Source: Ranitomeya imitator
Lineage: Eukaryota
DNA length: 64,000 nucleotides
Direction of reading: 5' to 3'
NCBI RefSeq assembly: GCF_032444005.1
Contig: NC_091288.1
Location: 210,614,001 to 210,678,000 of the forward strand
The first letter of the stretch is position 1, and the number at the start of each line of letters is the position of its first letter. Positions 25,401-34,439 of the stretch are shown one piece after another. The notes under the pieces are model-generated. The model was given only the letters and a program-made list of their open reading frames with translations, was not told where the DNA came from and did not search any database. The position numbers and the translations under genes were made by a program.

Positions 25401-26402
25401 CCTAGTAAGCCAAGCATCCTGTATGGCTCTTTCATTTTGAATGTATTTACTTCTGTTGGATAGAAATCTTCTGGTCAACCAGTTGGCAGCTGCTGATACT
25501 TTAGAAAGCACTTTAGCTTTTGGTTTAAATTTATCTTTTGCTTTTTTTCGACCAAACAATCCCCCAAATAGCTTCCCTGGTCCTTTTTTTTCTTGTTGAT
25601 CTGGTTTTGGAGCATTGCCTCCTAATCTTATCAGTAAAAATGAAGGCTTTGGTTTTGACCCATCACTCGCTGCACTAGCTTTTGGCAATGGTTTCTTTGA
25701 GCCTTTCCGTAAGCCCACCATGAGCTTGGATGTTTTTTTCAACATGGAAGCTGACTTCTTTTTCTTATCTAGTAGAGACGAAGCTGCAAACTTTCTTCTT
25801 AAGCCCATAAACAGTTTTGATGCTGTCTTGAAGTGACCTTTTTTTGATCTCCTTGGTTTTAGCTGCCCGAATTTCATGAAAAGTTTCGATGTTGCCTTTA
25901 AACTTCTTTTTTTCTTAGGAGGAGCGGCTGCTTTTTTGGCCAGTCCAGCCATGGCCTTTGTTGCCCCTTTTAGTTGGGCTCTTGTTATATCCCTTTTTGG
26001 ATCCTTTGCTTTAGAAACTTCTGGTTCCTCTACTGGATCTTTTCTTCCTTTACCTTTGTTCATTCCAGCCACTGCCTTAGAAGCACCTTTTAACGCTGCC
26101 GCACCTTTTAGCGCTGCCACACCTTTTTCTCTTCCTCTCTTTCCTCTAGCCGCTGGTACAATATCTTCATCTTCTTCTTCATCATTTTTGCCACGTTCTA
26201 CCTCAGACACTTCCTCCTCCTCTTCCTCCTCGCTTACTATTTCTTTTTTTGTTTTCTTGGCATCCTTTCCTTTCTTTTTATCATCTTTTTCTTTACCTTT
26301 GCCACCTTTCTTTTCATCTTTGCTCTTGGGTTCAGGCTTAGAGGGTGACTCTCTTCCACCACCTCTCTTGGCTGGTTTCGCATCACCTTTTTTGCCGCCC
26401 AT
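1916..26402 (-). CDS. MYO15A: Unconventional myosin XVa, multi-exon gene span (human-equivalent exons 2-21); 3' remainder lies beyond window position 1
   Basis: 20 exons with GT-AG boundaries join in one frame. Contains P-loop GESGSGKT, switch [10 protein letters not shown], switch II DIYGFE and motif [21 protein letters not shown] matching recalled MYO15A N-terminal extension; synteny with DRG2/GID4. Confidence 0.96.
2095..2249 (-). CDS. MYO15A: MYO15A exon 20 ([11 protein letters not shown]...[19 protein letters not shown])
   Basis: 155 nt, cag/gtataa boundaries; loop 2 and [10 protein letters not shown] motif. Confidence 0.92.
2377..2454 (-). CDS. MYO15A: MYO15A exon 19 ([26 protein letters not shown])
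   Basis: 78 nt, cag/gtaaga; FLDKN motif. Confidence 0.93.
2903..3028 (-). CDS. MYO15A: MYO15A exon 18 ([14 protein letters not shown]...HFAGKVTYQ)
   Basis: 126 nt, cag/gtaggt. Confidence 0.93.
3278..3409 (-). CDS. MYO15A: MYO15A exon 17 ([19 protein letters not shown]...[10 protein letters not shown])
   Basis: 132 nt, cag/gtaacg. Confidence 0.93.
3757..3852 (-). CDS. MYO15A: MYO15A exon 16 ([32 protein letters not shown])
   Basis: 96 nt, cag/gtgaga; relay helix [13 protein letters not shown]. Confidence 0.94.
4565..4688 (-). CDS. MYO15A: MYO15A exon 15 ([15 protein letters not shown]...ILDIYGFE)
   Basis: 124 nt, cag/gtaatg; switch II DIYGFE. Confidence 0.94.
4786..4844 (-). CDS. MYO15A: MYO15A exon 14 ([20 protein letters not shown])
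   Basis: 59 nt, cag/gtgggc. Confidence 0.92.
4934..5047 (-). CDS. MYO15A: MYO15A exon 13 ([38 protein letters not shown])
   Basis: 114 nt, cag/gtaagt. Confidence 0.93.
5685..5846 (-). CDS. MYO15A: MYO15A exon 12 ([19 protein letters not shown]...[12 protein letters not shown])
   Basis: 162 nt, tag/gtaaga. Confidence 0.93.
6465..8050. repeat. Minisatellite, 29-bp unit (cagctctgctgcatcagtcattgctgttt) with 232-bp higher-order period
   Basis: Marker tgatatatcggtcatcaatg recurs every 232 bp. Confidence 0.93.
8590..8745 (+). mobile_element. 156-bp Penelope-like insertion headed by degenerate hammerhead motif
   Basis: 11-bp direct repeat TACCATAGAAG (8579-8589, 8746-8756); TTGGGAA-A-GGTCC(ACATCTCT)GGACC-GAA-ACAT-C; T-rich 3' end. 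Confidence 0.65.
8877..8990 (-). CDS. MYO15A: MYO15A exon 11 ([16 protein letters not shown]...YYYLNQ)
   Basis: 114 nt, cag/gtacag; ERNYHIFY motif. Confidence 0.94.
9106..9169 (-). CDS. MYO15A: MYO15A exon 10 ([21 protein letters not shown])
   Basis: 64 nt, cag/gtaagt; YLLEKSR motif. Confidence 0.94.
9244..9347 (-). CDS. MYO15A: MYO15A exon 9 ([34 protein letters not shown])
   Basis: 104 nt, cag/gtgagt; switch I. Confidence 0.95.
9488..9559 (+). mobile_element. 3' end of a non-LTR retrotransposon with (TTTGAA)n tail
   Basis: GCCAATAAAGC followed by ATTTGAATTTGAATTTGAATTTGA. Confidence 0.5.
9567..10058. other. Assembly gap (492 N)
   Basis: Run of n. Confidence 1.
10059..10635. repeat. Degenerate (GATA)n microsatellite with a duplicated block (10059 and 10301)
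   Basis: Direct reading; flanks assembly gap. Confidence 0.9.
10659..10664 (-). CDS. MYO15A: MYO15A 6-nt micro-exon 8 (ATAGAG, Ile-Glu)
   Basis: Minus strand reads tttcacag-ATAGAG-gtactg between phase-0 exons 7 and 9; human MYO15A has a 6-nt exon (Ile-Lys) at this position (recalled). Confidence 0.7.
11043..11133 (-). CDS. MYO15A: MYO15A exon 7 ([30 protein letters not shown])
   Basis: 91 nt, tag/gtgaga; P-loop. Confidence 0.95.
11215..11289 (-). CDS. MYO15A: MYO15A exon 6 ([25 protein letters not shown])
   Basis: 75 nt, cag/gtgagt. Confidence 0.94.
   Translation of the reverse strand, partial: SPFRNCKRSLHQTDGCQTQPVYYH
11466..11483 (-). promoter_or_regulatory. Candidate CTCF site in MYO15A intron 5
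   Basis: Minus strand GCCACCACTAGAGGGCGC matches CTCF core CCASYAGRKGGCRS. Confidence 0.6.
12494..12603 (-). CDS. MYO15A: MYO15A exon 5 ([20 protein letters not shown]...GETAP)
   Basis: 110 nt, tag/gtaagt. Confidence 0.94.
12647..12951. mobile_element. 305-bp Penelope-like insertion with about 126-bp inverted arms, each carrying a hammerhead motif
   Basis: 14-bp direct repeat TATCTTCTTCAAGA (12633-12646, 12952-12965); arms 12693-12818 and 12825-12951, spacer CAGATC; CTGAAGA core and AATAAA in each arm. Confidence 0.75.
12830..12869 (+). ncRNA. Minimal type I hammerhead ribozyme-like motif (mirror copy on minus strand about 12775-12813)
   Basis: CTGAAGA(12834-40)-A-GGAGC(CTCTGT)GCTCT-GAA-AGCT-T-GCAA. 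Confidence 0.55.
13395..14770. repeat. Minisatellite, 29-bp unit (gtcctctgctacctgtctgcagtctccag)
   Basis: Direct reading of tandem units. Confidence 0.95.
15086..15149 (-). CDS. MYO15A: MYO15A exon 4 ([21 protein letters not shown])
   Basis: 64 nt, cag/gtgagt. Confidence 0.94.
15239..15321 (-). CDS. MYO15A: MYO15A exon 3 ([28 protein letters not shown])
   Basis: 83 nt, aag/gtgagt; begins exactly with ATG; DMTQLE motif at start of motor domain. Confidence 0.92.
16578..16848. mobile_element. Kolobok/T2-type MITE
   Basis: TTAA on both sides, TIR AGGGGTTGT...ACAACCCCT. Confidence 0.75.
17745..20068. repeat. Minisatellite, 45-bp unit (about 52 copies) with 720-bp higher-order duplication
   Basis: atacaggagatgcccaggttataccagctgtacatatataattat; sequence at 18001 equals 18721, 18661 equals 19381. 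Confidence 0.97.
20536..20672. other. Assembly gap (137 N)
   Basis: Run of n. Confidence 1.
20673..20960. repeat. (TATC)n/(GATA)n microsatellite
   Basis: Direct reading; flanks assembly gap. Confidence 0.9.
21363..26402 (-). CDS. MYO15A: MYO15A giant exon 2: 1680-aa N-terminal extension (basic, then Tyr/acidic, then Pro/Ser-rich)
   Basis: 5040-nt stop-free frame from ATG 26402; phase-0 donor AAG|gtgcgg at 21362 matches phase-0 exon 3; [10 protein letters not shown] motif. Probable acceptor about 26567 (cctaaacag). Confidence 0.9.
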
Positions 26403-28716
26403 AATGATAATTTTCCAAGCTCATGCTAGTGCTCCTCTGTGGACACTAAACGGTGCGATGTCTCTGCCGTCTCTGAGATTATATACGGCAGCGTTCTGTA
26501 TTCACTTTGGTTGAGAACGCAAAAAGCAAATTGTAGATCGAAAACTCTACGAAACGGAATGCTCATGCTGTTAGGTGATATGGGGAGCGGAATTAAATAG
26601 TAACGTACGCGCAACCAAAGTCTTTGCCTTAATTAAGAAAAAATACTCCGTGCTTCCAGGTGGCTCTGAGACCGATGCAAAATGCTCATGAATATCAAGC
26701 TCATTGCAATCAACATCTTCAATTACCTTGCTCTGGTGGTGGCATGATTGATGACCAAATCACCCATCCTTTGGTTCACAAGAAAAGTCACTTCGTAAAC
26801 TGTCTCTTCTTTGCAGGAATCCACCAAGCTCAGTTTCCAGGCAAAACGGTAAATCCATGTAAGTACATCAGGCTTAAAGGAATCTTGAGAAATCTAGAGA
26901 CTCTCAGTATAAGTCCAGAGGTATTCCTGTTACATCAAGCCGCAGTGATGCTTCTGCAGAGCACCGAGAAGTAGGAAGCCAAGATATAGTGGCCGTCCTC
27001 TTGTGCTGTAACACTATATTCTTGGCTCAGTTTAATATGAATAATGCAAGTAGCCTGTACCATTCCTACTTTACCACCCTGAGACTTTTTCCAACAAAAA
27101 AAAAAGACTTAAGTGCTGAGATGCAAGAAGCCGAATGTGCATGAAAGACCGAGGGTACATGGTCACATTATATTATCCTTTTAATTGGAGGACGATTTTG
27201 CAGATGCAGGATATACTGTTTTACACAATGCAGAAATATAGTGAAAAAGGATATCTATGGGATCTATCCTAAACATTAAATATTGTGAACATGGGTTGAA
27301 AGACTTGTGGAAAGTTTAATAAAATATACCTAAAAATCAACTATACTGCTTAAGTTTTACAGTTTCCTTTCCTTTTTTAATGAAAGGGAAAAAAAAGAGT
27401 TTTAATTTTTTTTTATTCTCACAGTTAATCTATGGGGCATTGTTTATAGAAAAAAAAAAAAATAGTGAATCCAAAATACATAAAGTCTGATTTATCTTTG
27501 TCTGAAAACTAAATTCAGAGATGACATTTTGCATTATAAAGCACAATATAATCCAAATAAAAAAAAACCAATGTATTCTGTGTAAAAAAAAAAAAGTAAT
27601 ATTCTGTTTAAAAACTAGCACTTTCGTAGAAAAATCCTATTTTTTATCTGTTCATATAATGATAGGCTAAATTAATATGTAAGGTATTTTATTCTCATAC
27701 ACAAAAAAAAAGACTTTTTTTTAATCCAGTTTTGGTCCATGTGTTCATTTTTACCATCCATGTCGGATCTGGTTTTCAAGTTTGCAAAAAAAAAAAATGA
27801 TGGAAGTTTCCCAAATTTCTCCTACAACCCGTTAGTGAAAAAGATGGCTGCAACGAGGTTGGCTTTCGTGTGGTGTCCATTTTAATTTTCGAAGGACACA
27901 TTCACTTGAGTAGGCAAATTTGGTCTGAAAATTGGACCAAAACTTTGACCTGTTTCCGCTTCTTGCGGACTATTGGCCCACAAAAAAATGGTCATGACCC
28001 AAAGATTAGAGTGTGTCTGTATGTTACCCATTAACAAAAACGTACAGTACACATACGGGAATGGGCAGTAAAGGCTAACTGATTTAGCCATAGACTATTA
28101 CTTACCCGAAGGAAAAAAAAAGCCTTCTTTTGGCCTCCATTGGGTTGATTTGTACATGAGAAAAAGTTCTCGATTCTAATCGACCATAGCTTTAAATACT
28201 AATTAAAATGGTGGTGGAGCTTCTTTAATAGAATAAATTGATAGTCAAGTACCTGCCATCGTGGTCAAAAACACATAAAACTTGACAGAATCTGTTAATT
28301 CTTCTAATACCGTCTTAATTATTTTCTGCCAGCGGGGAGCTGTGAAAAATTAATGAAAGCTTTGGATTCAGGTCTCTTTCGATTCATACAACTTTAATCA
28401 GAGATGTTTCCAAATTTGTCTTTTGCTTTGTTTGAACAGATCGATTTCTCATCTTCACAAGTAATATATTGTTAAAGACGTCTGGGAGAGCGTCTTCAGC
28501 AACCGGTGCGCCTACTCAGCTGTGAAGGAAAGCTGCCACTCACCTCTACCTAGTAGACCGGGCAAAACTTCCAAAAGGTCCCCTACAAAACGGCCGTAGA
28601 CCGGGGTAACAGACCTACGGCCAACTTGGTAACAGACCTATGGCCATGCATGCCATTCTGGAAAAAAACATTAACTTCCATTAAACATTCCTAGAGGTAA
28701 CCCTATTGTAGAGTCT

Positions 28717-28870
28717 CATGCCATGACTAAGACCTGATGGTCGAAACGCGTCGGCGTTGACCACCTGGGACCCCCATCTCTTTTTTTTGCAAATCTTTGC
28801 ATTTTAAAGTGTTTCCAATGAATTGACTTTTTAGAAGATCCATGCTGGAGATTATTTTTTTCTTTTTTTT
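28717..28870 (+). mobile_element. 154-bp Penelope-like insertion headed by hammerhead fold
   Basis: 13-bp direct repeat TATTGTAGAGTCT (28704-28716, 28871-28883); T-rich 3' end. Confidence 0.7.
28718..28757 (+). ncRNA. Minimal type I hammerhead ribozyme-like fold with A3-U8 core pair
   Basis: Stem I ATGCC/GGCGT; core ATGACTA + A; stem II GACC(TGAT)GGTC; GAA; palindromic stem III ACGCGT; predicted cleavage after C28752. Confidence 0.6.
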
Positions 28871-31107
28871 TATTGTAGAGTCTAGAACATTTTAGAAGGA
28901 TGTTTTATATAATTTATGACCCATCAATCTTGAATAGATCTTCCAAAAATGTGTCTATGGACACCTAAAAAATAATTGTGAAGTTTTTTAACACTTTTTT
29001 ACTAAACAGGTACCATAAAAACATGGATGAGCAATGTGCTAAACAAGGGGGATTTTAGTAACAAATGTTAACTCTCCCAACGGCGCCTCCACAGAAGACT
29101 TTATGAATTACAATGAAAAATGCTGTCTGTCATGGGCATGAGTCCTCCAGAGTGCAAGATAACCACCGTTTGTTCTAGACAACCCTTGGTTACCTCTAAA
29201 TCCCTCACAATCTGAAGACTCAATCCACGTCATATTCTGCAAAGTTGTCAATCACCTAATTAAAAGATTTTTTAGTTGAAAGAAAAATCCACCATTAAAA
29301 CATTTTCTGACGTTTCGCCATTGTTCACAAGCAGCTAAAACATTGTAGCACCTCTAATAAAAGAATTGTGAGCCATCTAGGCCCACGGACTCCTGATGCT
29401 TCCTTACTTCTATGCTACAGATTTGACATTCAGAAGATTGGGAAACAAGGGTGACATTATTAATGCCCTAGTGTCTAATAAATATATATATTCACACTTA
29501 GGCGAAACTGGTTCGCATAAGTACAAATGGGCACCTGTTTAAAGTTCTCAGCATCTCCGGGTCATTAAATAGTTAACACCAGATCCCATCTATCATGTTA
29601 CTCCATAAATGTACATTTTGACTTGCACAATATTCTTTTGTGACTGCGCTGCCCCCACTTCCTCATCAAATATACAGAGGGGTGATGTCAGGGGCTCCTT
29701 AAGTTGCACGAGGAGCCGAGTCTCTTCCTCCTGTGAACTGGTTGAGCTAATCCAGACCCAGAGATGTCACATGACGGAGCCACTGTATACAACCACTTTG
29801 AAGAATCACCATTTGTGACAATGGGTCATGATTAATAATTTTGGCAAGGGTCGGGGTTAAGGCATTGGGTCCTAGGATGATACCGGAGGATGGCGCAGTA
29901 ATAGTCGTTAGCATGCAGTTTTTTCCCCTACCATATAAAGTTTCATGACAATGTGCCCTGATTTTTAGAAGTTCCTGATTTTGGGACCTTCTAATCTAGG
30001 TCACACACACATGCCATAACGCACATATTAAGGGGGCACCGACAGGAGACTTGATCCCACCCATCAAATCCATTTAAGATAACACGACAATGGCGCTGCA
30101 GGGGTTAAGTCCCAGAAATGTAATCTGTGTGCGGAAAAGCCCCCTACCGATGTCTTCTGTTCTTGATTGTTGACCATAAAGTGTAGGACCCCTTTTAAAA
30201 GTACCTGTCACTTGCCATAATTGTTTTTGAAGCTGATGTAAATGCCGCTGTTCTCCTGAATCCGGCGACGTTTTTCTTTTCTTCCTGGGCCTCTCTGTTC
30301 TTGATATATGGCCTCCTCTTCTCTGTACATACATCCATTTTTTTTTTTTTAGCCAGTTGGGCATGATCCTGAATTCTTCTCTGTGGGCGTGTTCTTGAGG
30401 ACCACACCCTCTTGGCTAACAAGATTAGATTTATATACAGGCAAGAAGGGGTCAGATCTCAGGAACGGAAAGGAGCAGAACAAGAAGAAAAACGGCGCCG
30501 GATTCAGGAGAACGGCGGCTTTTACACCAGACATAAAACTGCATATTTATGCCAAGTGAGATACACACTTTAATTATCAAGGTAAGTGGCCCCAATGACC
30601 TTCCTCTTCCTTAATTAGTATTTAATAGTAATTTAATGGGAAAAAAAATGCAAAATTATTTCTGTAAAATGAAGATTAATCATTAAAAGTTTTACTACTT
30701 TATTAAATACTGTGTTCCAGTTCTTCACATTTGTCGGCTACGCAAAATGGAACATATTTTTTGCACACTCACTGAGAAAGCCTCTTGCCTGACTATAGTC
30801 TCCAAGTACCCAGAGTGTCCCGAAAGACTCTCCTTTTTTGCACGCATTGGGCCAATATGCATTGATAGACAATTTTTTTAACTATATATTTTTTCCTTAT
30901 CCTGTTTGGTATGTTTTTGTACTATTTTTTATTAACGGCTGGTGTATGTTACTGTATGACTATATAATGTCATATGTCAGGGTATACATTGGGGAATATT
31001 CAACCTATACCTCCGATGGAAATTAAAAACAAGATGCGAATCAGTTTACAGAGGCAGAAAACCTGTACCGAAAGAATACTTCTGATACAATTGTAGACCA
31101 TCCTCTG

Positions 31108-31760
31108 TGTCACGTCCTCCTGGGAGATCTGGGGTTAGAAGATCAGGGGTTAGAAGATCACTACGTATTGTGAATGGCAGATCTTCCATTTAGCCTGTGT
31201 GTTTATGTCCCATATTAAATGGACTTGGTTTCCTTTGGTGCTGAAGAAGTTAACGACCCTTTCTATGCTGGTCAGAAACTTACAGCTGCTTCTGATCTGG
31301 TCATTACCTCTCCCCATAAAATCTAGCCAAACCTTCTCTGTCTTACCAGTTAAAGCTTTGCTTCCTAGCTCCTTGGGGAGGCAGTGCTGAATTGGTGATC
31401 GTTGTTGATATTAGAAATTGTTGTGCGCCATTTTTGGGTGTATGCTTTCCTCATTGTATTATTTCCATTTGGTTGGTACATTCCTATCCTTCCCTATATA
31501 CATCTCTACCTTTGGTGTGTGTATGTTTGCTACTTTCTGTTATTCCTGTGTTGTCTCTGTGTCTTGTTTACCTTATATTTCTGTCCCAGGTCTCATGGGG
31601 TGCGGGAGAGGACAGATCAGGGTTTAGCAGGAGCATAGTAAGGTGGGGGACTCAGGCCTCTCTACCTTCAAGAGTACCCTTTTTACAGGGATAGTTAGTG
31701 TCTCAGTTTCAGGGACAGTTTGTGGCCCCCTTCCTTACTGAAGGCTGTCACAGCGTAACA
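31108..31760. mobile_element. Solo LTR, 653 bp
   Basis: TGTCACG...CGTAACA termini and 5-bp TSD CTCTG (31103-31107, 31761-31765). Confidence 0.8.
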
Positions 31761-32348
31761 CTCTGTGAGACGGATACATCATAATAAACCATCTGAACAG
31801 GACATATGCATGTGGCTCCTAGAGGATTGTCCACAATTGAAGCAAAAGCTAACAAGCTGAAGTGTGAAAATAGTGAGGAATTGAAAGACTGAGCCTATTT
31901 GGAGTAGCATGCAGGGACACCAACATGTTGCTTCTGCTTCAGATGTTTTATGAATCCTTAGCATCATTACCTGCTGGTGGGCCTCAGACCCGATGATGGA
32001 CGTCAGAAGAAATAGAGCCTTCCCCAAACATTGTACATAGATGGCGATTCCTGACCCTACAGCCTTCTGTCCGCTCGCTCTCCGTGATGGTGGCAGCTGC
32101 ACGTCACCAGCACAAGTAAATAACAATGACAATGGTCTGATTTACATTAAAAAAGGAGCATGGACTGAGCCATCATCTGTAGTCAGGGCTGTGCCGCCTT
32201 ACCTGCTGTCACCTGGTGCTCTGCCAGGACAATGCTGTAGGTGACACAATATCTGGCCTCCATATCCTCAGCGACTTCATAGGACCATCTGCAGCTGCTG
32301 TATCTAAGCCTATCATGTGTTACACGGTCTTCTGAGCTGCGTATCTAA

Positions 32349-33277
32349 GGCTACTTTCACACTTCCATCTTTTCAGATCCGTTGCAATGCGTCATTTTGG
32401 GAAAAAACGGATCCTGCAAATGTGCCCGCAGGATCAGTTTTTTTCCCCATAGACTTGTATTAGCGACGGATGGCCACACGTCGCATCCGTCGTGCGACGG
32501 ATCCGTCGTGTTTTGGTGGACCGTCGTCTGGAAAAAACGTTCAATGTAAGGCTGCTTTCACACTTGCGTCGTGCACTGCACGTCGCTATGCGACATTGCG
32601 GCGCACCGACGCAAGCAGTGAAAGTGCCGCACAACAGGGGCAGCGGATGCATTTTTCCAGCGCATCCGCTGCCCCATTGTGAGGTGCGGTGAGGCGGGGG
32701 CGGAGTTCCGGCCACGCATGCGCGGTCGGAAATGGCGAACACAGCGCAGCAATTTGCTGCCGGCGGTCCGCCACAACACGGCGCAACCGTCGCACGACGG
32801 TTGCGACGTGTGACAATGCGTTGCAATGCGTCGCTAATGTTAGTCTATGGGGAAAAAACGCATCCCGCAGACAACTTTGCAGGATGCGTTTTTTCCCCTA
32901 AACGACGCGTTGCGACGTATTGAAAACGACGCTAGTGTGAAAGTAGCCTAACGTTTTTTGTCTGCGTCGGAAAAACGTACAGCGACGGATCCTGCGGCGT
33001 CCGTCGTTGGCTAGAATGGAAGCCTATGCGCGCTGCATCCGTTGCTGTCCGTCAAATGGCGGAATCCTGCAGCAGATTCCGTTTTTTTACATTGAGCATG
33101 CCTGGAAGGATTTCAATTCCTTTAATTTAACCCATTTTTCCTGCAGCTGCTGCATCAATGGATCCGTCAAAAAACAGGATCCAGTGCATCCGTTTTTTAC
33201 AATCTGCACAGGATCCGTCTTTTCAACATTTTGACGGATTGTGACTGATTCTAAAAGACGGAAGTGTGAAAGTAGCC
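32349..33277. mobile_element. PIF/Harbinger-type MITE (outer)
   Basis: TIR GGCTACTTTCACACT, TAA TSD both sides. Confidence 0.85.
32550..32948. mobile_element. PIF/Harbinger-type MITE nested in the outer element
   Basis: TIR GGCTGCTTTCACACT / AGTGTGAAAGTAGCC, TAA TSD 32547-49 and 32949-51. Confidence 0.85.
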
Positions 33278-34439
33278 TAAGCCTTTAATGCGTAGCGTTG
33301 TCGCATCACAAAACATACTGCAGGCTTAGTTGCACAAGGGCCCAGTCACAGTCCATCTACTTTCTCGCTCCGTAGATTTTCTTTCTCAAACTCAAGACAT
33401 TTGGGGAGGGAAAGTTCTCCCTGAATCTCTCCATGCTCAGTAGTTGCTTTCATAAATGTATGTTTCATTATTTTTTTAAATTGTTGTTTGTGTCAAGACT
33501 CAAACTCACAACCTGTAGCCTGGCAGGCAGGAGCTTTAGCGGTGATCCACAGGCTTGCACTGCAAAGTATAGGAAAAGGGGAAAATCTGCCTAAAGAGCT
33601 AAATAGTGAAGTTTACGTAAAAAATGAAATAGGTGGCGCTAACAGGACTACACGCCCCATTATCCATCGGTAATAAATCCCAATATACACGGTATTTATA
33701 ATCCCGTCCCCGCACAGCACTACTCTTCCCATCATTCTCCGTACACGGATACCAGTCCATGCACCACACATTATAACGGGATGTGAATACGTCCTGTGCC
33801 AACTTCAATAGACTTTATTTATTGACCCACGTAAGTCATGTTTCCCCCCCCAGCAGCGCCATAGTCCTACCCAGCCCGGTATCCTATAGAGCGGTAGAGA
33901 CAGGTGGTGACACCATTACAGATTGTGTACATTACACGGGAAGGAGCAGCCTGGGAAATACAAGCTTCCCGTAACCTAGAAGCCGTCGGAACAAACAAAA
34001 GCCATTGGTGCGGACGGATCATGTAACCGCAGGACGGCGCTTACCTTCCCCTACAGCCGCCACATGTCCACAAGGGCTGCAGTCCCAAAGCCAGGCGCCT
34101 CCCCCGCCGTAGGTGTCTTGTAAGTCCGATTATAGGGTTAGGAGACCCCCGGAGCCATGGCTGCGGCCCCGCACACACCGCACACCGGCCTTCGCTCCTT
34201 CCCAATGCATATTTCATGACAGCTATTATTCTCAAATCAGCCATGGATGGAGAGGGGACCGCGACGCTACACTTAACCCCTCAAGTACTGCAGCCCTCAG
34301 GATAATGGAGCCATCACGGTATATTACAGGTCACGTGTCTGTAGGTAATAATTGTACGAGCATCACCTTCTCACGGGAGAATAATATATAGATAAGCGGC
34401 GCTACATGGGCACTGCTGATCTCACCTTCACTACTGCTT

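Noticed and set aside
25876-26514. 212-aa plus-strand ORF
   Set aside because: Antisense shadow of the Lys-rich start of MYO15A exon 2.
29290-29340. Minus-strand GGCGAAACGTC hammerhead-like 3' half
   Set aside because: No stem II partner, no intact UGA core, no stem I and no TSD found.
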